A stretch of 64,000 bases of DNA from Squalus acanthias (taxonomy: Eukaryota). Within the stretch, counting starts at the first letter, position 1, and every line of letters begins with the position of its first letter. Shown here in pieces: positions 14,001-24,887 of the stretch. Below the pieces are notes generated by a model. It searched no databases, was not told the DNA's origin, and worked only from the letters and a program-made list of their open reading frames with translations. Where the stretch lies: positions 89,778,001 to 89,842,000 of the forward strand of contig CM059432.1 of the NCBI GenBank assembly GCA_030390025.1, in the 5' to 3' direction. The position numbers and the translations under genes were made by a program.

Positions 14001-15929
14001 TTTTGCCTTGAAGTCATTTATACCGCAGGACACAAATGATAGATTGCAGCTGAAAAAATCATCAGCATATTTGAGGTAGGCTCACTGAGTCTTTTTTTTT
14101 AATGTTCTGCGTGAAGTTATCTTGAACTGAAACCTCTGCTCCATCAGGATTAAGGGATTGAAGAGCAAAGGCTTGAGATGGTGTAATTTAAAACCTACTG
14201 ATTCTTTAGCACAGAGGCAGAAAAATGTACTCAGTCAATCTGCTACTTTTCTGCTTCAGCTAAGAAATAATTTTGTCTTTTGAAAATATGTACTATTTGC
14301 ATTCAAAACGTATCACTAACATTAAAGCACACTACTGCTTGTCTTTTAGTGTGAGAACAGAGATGCGAAACAAAGAAAATTGAAGTTATTTCATAATACA
14401 CCTCATAATATCTTTGAAAAATTGTACTTTTCAATAGCAAAATAAATAGATGCAGTCTTAATTGTTTATATCACTTTTACCTCAGTAAAATTAGAATATT
14501 CTGAAAAGAGTACATGCGGCCCTAATAACTCCATATCATCATTGGCAGAATTGTCTGAATATCAGATATACCATTTATTTATTAGAGATTCATACACAGC
14601 TACATTTCCAGATTGTAAGACCATTCATTTAAAACCTAACATCATGCATTTGCAGCTATTTGAACTCATGGAGAGCTATTCTAACTGAATACTTCGTGTA
14701 AGTAGTTGATACAAGATAAATATTACAAGAACGTTTCTCACTTATGCAACCTTATAAAGTTACATTAAGCATTATCTTGAAGGGCAATTATGTATGTGCA
14801 TATGAATATATATAGTGTGCAGTTAGCAGTGATGCTTTACGTAATGTCAAGCCTGCAACTCGTTATTTTCATTTTCTAAGCTTATGCTGATGATTTTTCT
14901 AAATGTTGTTATGAATTCTGCTTAAAAGCTTTGTCTTTTGCTTAAATGAAAATGAATAAGAAGAATTATATCTGGAAAATATTAATCAATGATGCCTTCA
15001 TTATTACTGGGCATGGAAATATCCTAAATGTTGTCATCTGGAAGTTTTTATGGCGCTTTAAAGAGAATCAATGGAACTGCTTCATAGTTCTCAAAATCAG
15101 ACAAGCAACAGATTGAAATGCAAAGCTATTTGTTTCAGTTTCATTTTCTTATCACTGCTTCCTATCTCTAAACTATTCACCATAAAATTACAAAGTAAAA
15201 CTCGGTGTTAGGTCGGTAATTCCATCAGTACAGAATATTTGTTACTAGCTGATTAATATCATTTGAAAATATATTTCTAACAAGCTAATGTATGGAGTAT
15301 AATAGCACCCACATTTCCATTCTGTGCAATCATTTTTAGTATTCAATATGTTTTATTCAACTATTTTTAGTTGAGTTAGACAAAGTGTAGTATAGGACAT
15401 CAGGTATGCCTTCTTCAGAAATCACTGCAGACTGAAAATGGTTGCCCGGTCTTCTTCAGACTGTCAGTTCACATTCAGTGGTGTCCCTCCACTGTTTTCT
15501 TTTTGGGTATGCCTTGATATAAAGTTGCTCTAACTTAATTGAGATCAACGTTGATTCCCCATCATTTAATGTTCAATCATTAGGAAATGTTTTTAAAATC
15601 AGGTGTCAAACAAATAAACCATGCTACTTCTGAAAAGGGAAGGAAATTACTATTTTTCATGCATGTTTGTCAGTTTTGTATAATGTAGAATTGGCAGCAT
15701 GCACAGTGGAAGTGAAGTTTCAAATTATGAAGTTATTTCTATTTAAAGAGGGCTTTAAGAAACATACTGTACAGCGAAAAATTCCCCATTTCTGCAGCTG
15801 GTCAGTTAGGCAACATACCATTTGTCCAGCTGGCGTAGAGGTTCTTGGAATTCCAAGTTTAAAAAAATATAGAGGACTGTCTAAGGTTGCCATTGCCATT
15901 TTGAAATGGTACAGAATAGTGTTTATTTT

Positions 15930-16130
15930 CCAATACGTGGTAATGTAAATGCCTGGAGACTTAGTATTACATGTCAGATCACTTTCCCATCACCTCTGGG
16001 GCCTGAGTTTGAATACAACTCAGGTATGCAATGGAAGTCTCCTCTGCTTAATGCTGTCAAGGGTTCTATGTAAAATCAGTTTGGCCATTCTCAATCCAGT
16101 TTTAGTGAGTATGGGTACACAGCGTACGAT
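15930..16130 (+). mobile_element. Old tRNA-derived SINE resembling LF-SINE
   Basis: Box-B-like GAGTTTGAATAC after TCACCTCTGG, followed by CTATGTAAAATCAGTTTGGCCATTCTCAATCCAGTTTTAGTG. These blocks are colinear with the LF-SINE consensus as I recall it; no alignment was run. Confidence 0.5.
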
Positions 16131-17129
16131 TGCATTCAGATTCAGCAATAAGTGTATTATATTATGAACCTCATTCAAAGTGGCACCAATAATAGAGGAC
16201 ACGAAAGTTTCAAATGACTGCAGTAATTGTTTGTTTGGGAAAAAGATTACAAAGCTAGAGTTAAGATATACGGGGCTGAGCCTCATAACTGTGCCATGCC
16301 ATATCTGATGATGAAATGCTTAATACCGTCAATAGATAGAGAATAGAAGAGTGTTCCATTTCTCAGCATTACCATCTATCTATTTGATAATTGCAAATAA
16401 ATATCAATACTTTCATAAGAGAAAAAGAATATTCAGAGTATAACAAATAAAATATAATATCCAGGTTTTGGAGGTTACTAACAGTTAGAGAAGTTCTAAA
16501 ATGTTTTATCAGATCGAAAAATGATTTTGCTTGTAATTGCCACGACTGAAGGCCCAATGCCAAGAAAAATGAAAGGAAGAAAAATATGTTATTCTAAGTG
16601 AAGAACAGTTAAGAGGATATATTATGCAAAACAATCCTTCTGTCCATATTAACCAGTGATATGCTTCTGGAGCTGATGTGGAATAGTAGTTACCCTATTT
16701 TACTCTGCCTTAATTAACAGTGCACCTGAGGCAAACTACATGAATTCAAAGGAAATTACTCCTTCAGTGCAGAATAAAACATACAAAAGAATAGCGTTAC
16801 AAATGTGGTTAGAAATCCTTCAGAACTCAGGCACGTGTTATTGGTCATAAAATCAAATGCATTTTGAAAATCTTTCAGTGTTCATCTAAAATTAGATGTA
16901 CTTGTAAGTTATTTATAATGCAAAATAAAAAGTATATTTTATTTACTAGAATACTAACAGAACAGTGAATAAATGTTACTGATTTTGCTGTATAGTTTTT
17001 CATAATCAACTTGCTGCTTTTATTGGAGGGACATGAACTTCTGCTTGGATATATGTTAACTGATAATAAAGGAATAGTGTCTTTTTTATTTGTGTAGTTC
17101 CTATTGAAACATCCAGACAAAGTCATTTT

Positions 17130-17310
17130 TCCCAGCCCAAGATGAATTTCTCACTATCACATGCCAGCCCATCTAGTGGCCTGACTGAGAAGTGAGAAAA
17201 CGTGTACAGTTGTAGCGAGTGAGCTTGAATGACAGGCAGCTTGAAACTCAAACATAGGACCTTTTGGCTGAAAGCCAAATGCTCAACTGCTTGAACAACT
17301 GGGCAGCCCC
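17130..17310 (-). mobile_element. Degenerate tRNA-derived SINE head
   Basis: Minus strand reads GGGGCTGCCCAGTTGTTCAAGCAGTTGAGCATTTGGCTTTCAGCCAAAAGGTCCTATGTTTGAGTTTC, a decayed box A / box B layout. Confidence 0.4.
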
Positions 17311-20300
17311 AATAGGGTTGAATCTTTGACAATTTACCCATCACTTGGAACTGCCTCAGGCATTGTGCAAAGTTCTGATGGTTTTCAAGAAACTTTAATC
17401 ATTGCATATTATGGTAATATTGCAAAGATTTTTCTGTGGTTTCTGTTATTTTAGCTATGTTAGTTATGCTAGACTGCTATGTGTATATGATTGTAATAGT
17501 GTCACAAAAAAGAGCAATAAATCTAAAAGGAGTAAGCAAAAAGGATATCACTTCTTTATATTGAACATTATTACTTCCATACTTGCAAACATTACACTTT
17601 GCATGTGAATTGCAGTGCAACGTCAAGTGTGCTCCGTAATAAAATCCTTTTTTTTCAGGTTTGTATCGAGTGACAGTATAAGCCATGATTTGGGTCAGTA
17701 GCAAAGTTAAGTACCCTCACATTGCTTTGACAAAGTACCCTAAACCCCAACCTCAGAAACATACTCTCCGCCTTTTTTAATCTCTGTCACTTGCAATAAA
17801 ACACTATGACATTGAGCATGCACGTATTAAACTTTCTGATATCTTTTAAGTCTGGATCACTAGATGTGGGTATAAGGAATCTGACGAAAAATGACAGACA
17901 CAGCAGAGGCAGCCATAGCACCATAACCTAATTAGGAATGTTATCTCAATGTTCAATCAATATATCCCACAGTTATAAAAGCGAATTTACAGACATGCAC
18001 CAGTAAATATATTTAACATTATCTTTGCATACTCGTTCATGGAACAGTTATGTACATTGTCTAAGATGTCAAACACTTCATAAAGTACAGCCTCAAAATG
18101 ACCACTCCAGGCAATTTACAAACGAGAATTTCATCTGGATATGTGTCAACGTAAATCAGCAGCTTACAGCGCATAGTTTTTTTTCTATGCATGCCATAAC
18201 CTTTGCAAGCCCCATTTCTTCAGCTGCCATAAATCTACCCTATCGTGCTGTCTCTTCACATTCCACCCCAAATCAGAAAAACTCTTTGGGTTTTTATTCC
18301 TCACTTACTCTGAACCATACATCAAACACATACATAGGAGCTGTTTCATGATTACACCTAATGCAATTATCAAGAGGCATTTAGTATTTCCGCCGTGAAA
18401 TATACATTAACTGTTATTCAGTACATTATCTGAGCCAGATCACTCAATACTGCTTTTTTAGAAAGTATACCTTCATGTTTGTTTCTCCTGTGGTGTTCTA
18501 ACTTTACTGGGTTTTACACCATTGCTATCCTGTAACATCTGAGCACAATGCACAAGTGAATAAATAAATGCCCACAGTCAAATCAAAGCTGATGTTTAAT
18601 TGCAATAGCGCAGAATGCTAACTTAGTTTTACCTTGTAATGCACCTGATTATTATCCCTGCCTGCACGCACCTTCATTTCAATCCTTAGATTCCCAATAA
18701 AGCAAGAAAACTATGAGAACATGTGCACCATACATAATGCATGCAGGCTATTTGAGCAACTAAAATTTAAAATGTTTTATGTACTCTTAAGGAATGCACT
18801 AACTGCATAAGTTTAATAAATTTATTTTCCTCAGTTTGCTTTATCGGAATAAAAATCTGTGATTATTTAAAATGAAATATGTTCAAATTATTTGAAATAT
18901 GCTTGATATTTCTCCAAGCAAAAGAATGATAGCCTTCAACTCATTAGAAGAGGAATACTGCATTTTTAAACAAAAAAAATCAGTTGCAATTATCGTGATA
19001 TCTTTGTATTCAAAGCTATTTTCTGCATTAAATGCATAACAAGCTACTTTCATATTTTCAAATGTCTGGAAGTGGATGTGCATTTTCCACAAAAGTCCTC
19101 AATTTCACTCTTCTTCAACATCATACTCATCCTTTGCACTAGATGGTTTTAATTCAACATAGACCAGTATGAAATGGAATCAATTTTCTGGTGTATAAGT
19201 GTGACAAAAGGTGGAAGAGGCATAATATTAGCAAATTACTTGCAGTACAGATCTGAAAAAAATCTAAATGAAATTGTGAAGTGCTTTTGAAAGACATTTT
19301 TTTCCTCGGATTTAAGTAAAGTACTTGATAATGAATCAGCCTTTTATGAGAAGTTGATGTTGTAAGATTAACATATGCTGCAAAATAAGATGTTGCATTG
19401 TAAGTATTAATATCCCTGCAACGATATAGGCACTTACAGTGCCTGCCTTCTTTGTACTAATAGAATATAGTTTTTAAACAGGTGCACACTTATTTTGCTT
19501 CTCTGTTTTATTCCCAAACAAAACTCATTTGTTGTACATGATAACACTGACTGATAGCGATGTTTCTCCAGATCTTGTAATTACATTTTAAAATTTGGAT
19601 TAATAGCAACTTCTGAAGTAAAAAATCTTTACACTGCCATTTGGCTGTTCCGTCTAATATATCTTTAAAGGAAAAAAAAGATATTTCCAAATTTAAGTCA
19701 GTCATTTCTAAATTAACATTAAAACTTGTCTTAGTTTTCCAGATTAAACATCCACTCAACCTACCCCTACAGAAAATGCCATCTGGTACACTTTAGTTCT
19801 AATACTAATAATTTATTAGAAGACAGAATCCAGTATTGTTACCCAAGTATCTACTCTTGATGACAGATGATGTCATGTTCTATCAACCGTAGGATCGGCA
19901 CAGTAGGACAGGACCTTCTTCAACTGACAGTAACACTGAAAGCATTTCCCCTATTGAATTCATAGAAATGTGTACTTGCTGCTCCAATTTGCCTGAAATC
20001 ATCAAGTTAATGGATATTTAACATAAATCAGCAGGTTTCAATTTTGAGCCTTAGAAATTCGTGTGAATCATTAGATTGATTACCTTTCCAAATTAAATCA
20101 TCTGTTCAGGTCTTCATTTCAGTTGAAATTATTTTATGATATTTATAATTTAATTTAAGAAAATTGTGTTCAATCAACATAGTTTTGAACCTTTGAATGC
20201 TCAACTCAGATTTCATGACAGCCACAGAGGAGAAAAGGTTTTATTTTAGTACTGTCACGCAAATATAAAGATGGAAAAAGTGCATGCTCAATAATATGTA

Positions 20301-22487
20301 AACCCATTCATCATAGATTACATTGGATTGAAATTTTAAATTTCTGACTGTGCATTATATATATATGCTGGAAAGAAAAATCTATACAGTTCGAAGGTGC
20401 TGTTTTTTACAGAGCTCTAGTATTACCTGCACTAGACACAGGCTTACATTGCCTCAGGGAACATCTGGTACCTCTGCATTAATTCTATCCCTGTTTGAAC
20501 ACTGTGCAACATATGCACTTCTCTTTTGTCTATTATCCCAATGCTGTGTTATTCCCAAATATTGACACCGTCTGCTTTTATCAGTACTAACTGTTCTGAA
20601 ACCTTCAAGTCTCATGCTCATCTCTATTTCCTTCTATTGATTACCTTCCTCACTTCGGCAGGTAGCCAGACAGCAAGACTGTCCTGAGGAATAGCTTTCA
20701 ATGACTTTATACGGACAATTTACAGGGAAGTGTTTAAAGAAGATATTAGCCTCAGTACAAATCAGTGAACCTAATTTAGTCAATACTGTTAGATTTCACT
20801 GTTTGCACATGGTCACAAGATATGCTTTAAAGGTGCCTATCAAGTCCTAGTCAGTGCATTAAACCCAGTACAGTATTCAGTTTTGCCTGAAATCGCAAGC
20901 TTTTTGCTGAGACTATTAAACATCACCCATTGTGTTCACCAGGGTTGCCATCAAATATCACAATATTCATCTGTAGTTTTTTGTTGTAACATTTGTTATT
21001 TTTAACTTTCACTTTTGGTTAAAATGTAAAGAATAGTATCATAATTATTAAAATTGATTATTTTCTCCTCTCCTCTCAAGTGCAAAGTGCAAAAACAAAG
21101 GTATAATTATTGAGAATCTCTAGCTTCTCTAATTTGACAAATATTCGTGACAAAAAATTAGTGAAAGATGAGATTTAATGAAAGTAGCACTTCAGTGCTT
21201 CACTATATTTCAGAGCATTACATTATATCGTGAAGTAAAATTACCTATTGGAACAGACTTCATTATTTGTACAATTTGTACAAGTACTATAAGCGCTGAA
21301 AAACTATACAATATTACAATCAATAAAAAACACTAAAGGAAAGTAATCTACTTACAATGTATATTTAAAACAAATATTTTTTTTCTTTTGCAATATCTTA
21401 AATTTTCAAAATGTTTATATCAGAGGTTATAAGGGCTAAATGTTTAGACTGCAGCCATTGCAGGTATGAAAAGAATTGTGTTTCCTTAAATATCAGTAAG
21501 CTAGAAATATTTCACTTTTAAATATTAATATGGAACAATATTGTTTTATTACTTCTTCATTCAAGGGCGTGAGGGTGGGGGGTGGGAGGGGCAACAAAGT
21601 GTTTAAACCCAGTATTGACAATTTAAAAATAATAATAATCTGACTCATCAGATCTCAATCTATTTTAAAAGTGCACAGACACACAGATTTCAAAACACTT
21701 TGTACAAAATTAACATGAAGTTTATCATGATTGAGATACTGTACAATTGTGGAAATTATATTGTCTTGTTATGCAGGACAGTCATTCCATCTTGATCATA
21801 TAACATCTATAGAAACATCATATAGTTTTTGTTTTAAGTTGTATTTTGCTGTAGTTTTTGTGGCCTGCCTGCATCAATATTCTAACCTATACCAGCTATA
21901 GGATTCACAGTGGTAGTTATTAAAAGCTGAAATGTATAACTTTAAAGTAATTTTTTACAGTCCCTAGAGTAACATTGGCTACCAGCATTTCAGTGTCTCA
22001 AAAGGCTGCCGTTAGCTTCAGAGTGTATTTTTCAAAATCTGATTGAAGGCTTATATATTGGTTTGTATGAAAAAAATGTTGAAGGCTGTAAAGTGGATTG
22101 TGAAGGCCAGTAAAAAGGGATATTGCAATTTTAATAATGAAAACCTTACTTATTATCTTTATATCTGTTGTGCTTAAATGCTTTGCTTTACTCTAATGAA
22201 TTATTTAAGACTTTTATGCTGTTATGTTTTACAAGCCTCAACTTATTAATATAGCTAATAAGCCTTACTGGACTGTTATTTTGACATTCTCAATATTTTT
22301 GTTTACTTGAATAAACTAAATGTCATGGGAAATTTAACTGAATGTGCAACCGTTCAGACCTAGCATATTTTCCATTAAGGGCTATGGAAAATAAAAGCTT
22401 AGTGGAAGTGCAAGATTTTTTTTTCAAAACACAACTTATGCATTTTACATGACCTCTACTTCTTTCTCTTTTTTTCTTCCTCTAAAG

Positions 22488-22703
22488 ATCACTGAGGGGG
22501 AGCCAAGGTTCCAAACTGCAGGTAGCAGTGAGACAAGCTGAAAGATAACCGTCCTGGCCTACCCATAGATCTCCCAATTCTTCAGTGTAAGCCAAGAACT
22601 CACAGAGGCGGCTTTCCCAAAGATTCAGCAGCACGTACTGAGTCCCTCAGAAAACCTACATACGGGAGGACGAGAACAAGCGTGCACACAAACAGAAAGG
22701 CAG
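22488..22703 (+). other. Candidate exon of an unidentified host transcript (probably UTR/non-coding or terminal)
   Basis: Very strong polypyrimidine tract ending TCTAAAG at 22487, followed by a GC/CpG-richer block in AT-rich surroundings. Donor CAG|GTGTAG is weak, and all three frames hit early stops. Confidence 0.35.
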
Positions 22704-23701
22704 GTGTAGTAGAGGAATCTTTAGTATGTTTCTAATGCAGAGTTGTCACTGTTGTTTTCATTTTCTGAATGAGCATTAAAGCCATTTTTGATATGCTTAA
22801 TGCAGTTATGTCACTGGTGCAGTACTCAGTAGTGGAGGGAGCGAGGTAATCATTTTGAATATTCCAAATCTTTTTATTTTATTTTGATGCATTGTTTCTC
22901 AGATATAATGGCTGAAGGTGTTTGTGGCCCTGAATTGTTTTAAATGCTGTTTGTATTAAAGCTGCACGATACTGTATGTTTTGATTGATTCAGGGAAAGG
23001 TAGTCACAAGAAAATGATATTACAGTACTTTGGTAGCTAAACTTGTTTAGCTCTTTTGCGCAAAGATCTTCAATTTAAGGGCATTTCATTTACTAAAAGA
23101 AATCTTTCTTCAACCAATGCATTATTCAAAAAAAGAAATTATTTGTGGTCCTTGGATTTTCTTTCTGGTTTTCAACAGTTATAAATCTTTGGAAAAATCT
23201 CTTAATATTTTTCATTTGGAACAACTGCTACAGAACACAAATAAAATGAAATTATGAAAACAAATCATCCTTTGATATGGCCCCAAAATATTATATTTAA
23301 ATGCATATGTTAGAATGGTTTTAGTAGAAGTGTGTACTAGACTATCACATATAACACTGTATTGATTTTAAATTAATGTAACTGATACAGGCAGATATTA
23401 ATATTATACAAAGCGTGCGTGCACACAGTGTGCAATTTGAAGGAGGATATTATGTGAAGAAGAAAAATAATGTTCAGAAATATTTTTATTTGAAAGTGAT
23501 TGAATTAATACTTTATTTTCAGAAAAGCTCTGAATTAATTTTTGGAATGCATAAGAAAGAAATAAAATAGTTAATCCAGTGCTGTTAAAAAAGCAAGAAC
23601 ATGATGCTGTGCAGCGTTACATCAAATATCATATTCTGCTTTATTACCCTCTAACCCATAATTAACACCACCTGTACAACACAGTCATTTTTAAACACTA
23701 T

Positions 23702-24393
23702 GAGGGAAAAATTCGGTATCGACCATTTTGGGGCGCTAACATCACCTGGGCGCTAACTTTAGCACCCAACGCTAATTAATGCCAGCGACCGCGAAATTGA
23801 GTTTCAGCGCCCCAAGAGGGACGTGGGGCACTAAATCAAGTGCTCCACTTCCTTCTTAGGGCGCTAACATCGGAGAGCGGGGCGGAGATTGCAACAGCGC
23901 TGCACACTGGGGCCGTGCAGCGCTGCCGCGTTCAAAGGCTTCAAAGGCTCCTTCCCTCCCTTAAAGGGAAGAGCTATCACTGCAGGCTCTGCAATTTAAA
24001 AAGTACCTACCTGGACCACCAAAGCAGCTGCGATCCCACGTGATCAGCCCAGCACTCAAGCAGAGTGTTGGGCTGATCAGTCGCGGGCAAAAACCCACGA
24101 AAAAAACAAGAACCACCTCGCCTTTAATCATCACTCCCGAAGCGTTGGCCGCCCAATGCATACCTCCTGCAGCTGTCGGGGTTTTCGACCGGCGCTGCTG
24201 TAGGGGGTGGAAGTCAATTTTGGATTCAGGGCGCTACTGGGGCGATGCGCACAGCACTGACATCACGATCTCTGGGCGAAGGAGATTGGGGCACAACGCT
24301 GTAGCGCTGCGCCCAGTCGCAAAGCCATTTATGCCCTATTAGCACCCCCCAGGGACGCTAACGGGAGGCGCAAAGGCACCCAATTTCACCTCC
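23702..24393. mobile_element. Non-autonomous Harbinger (MITE) related to element 49150-53282, opposite orientation
   Basis: Imperfect TIRs GAGGGAAAAATT / AATTTCACCTCC with TAT target-site duplication. Shares TTGCGCCTCCCGTTAGCG and repeated GCGCTAA with the termini of the 49150 element. Confidence 0.85.
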
Positions 24394-24399
24394 TATAAA

Positions 24400-24540
24400 C
24401 AAAAAGCAAAGAATTGCAGATGCTGGAAACCTGAAACAAAAGCAGAAGGTGCTGGAAACATTTAGTAGATCAGTCAGAATCTGTGGAGAGAAAAAATGAG
24501 TTAACATTTCAGGTGTGGAACCTTTCATCAGAACTGGATG
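24400..24540 (-). mobile_element. Penelope-like element pseudo-LTR fragment (decayed)
   Basis: Homologous to 56044-56170 (gcagatgctggaaa...tgtggagag...gagttaacatttcagg...cctttcatcagaact). Carries a hammerhead core. The purine-rich sequence to ~24880 may belong to it. Confidence 0.7.
24499..24535 (-). ncRNA. Minimal type I hammerhead ribozyme motif
   Basis: Minus strand AGTT-CTGATGA-A-AGGT-TCCAC-ACCT-GAAA-TGTT-AACT gives stem I AGTT/AACT, core CUGAUGA, stem II AGGT/ACCT, GAAA and a GUU triplet. Confidence 0.65.
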
Positions 24541-24887
24541 AAATTACAGAATGACAACATTTAAGAAAGAACAGAACAATGGGAAGGTAGGGGGTGTGTG
24601 TGGTGGGGGGCGAAACACACGCACACATACAGGAGAAGACGTAGAAAGATGTAAATGTGCTGAAATGGAAAACAGGAAATGGTTAACTGGCTGAAGTGAT
24701 ATGAATGTGAGATAATAGGTGGCAGAATGAGAGAAACTAAAGACATATATGAAACAGAGAATGTGTGAATAGCTAAGAGTGCGGGGGGCAGGGCAGATAG
24801 TAATGAAAGCAGGAAAAAACTAACAAAGTGGAGCAGGCTCCAAAGGCCCATGAGCCTGGAAGATTTTTATAAAAAGGCTGACGGTAA

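Noticed and set aside
14029..14075. Micro-exon cag|GACACAAAT...TTGAG|gtaggc
   Set aside because: Weak polypyrimidine tract and no recognisable peptide.
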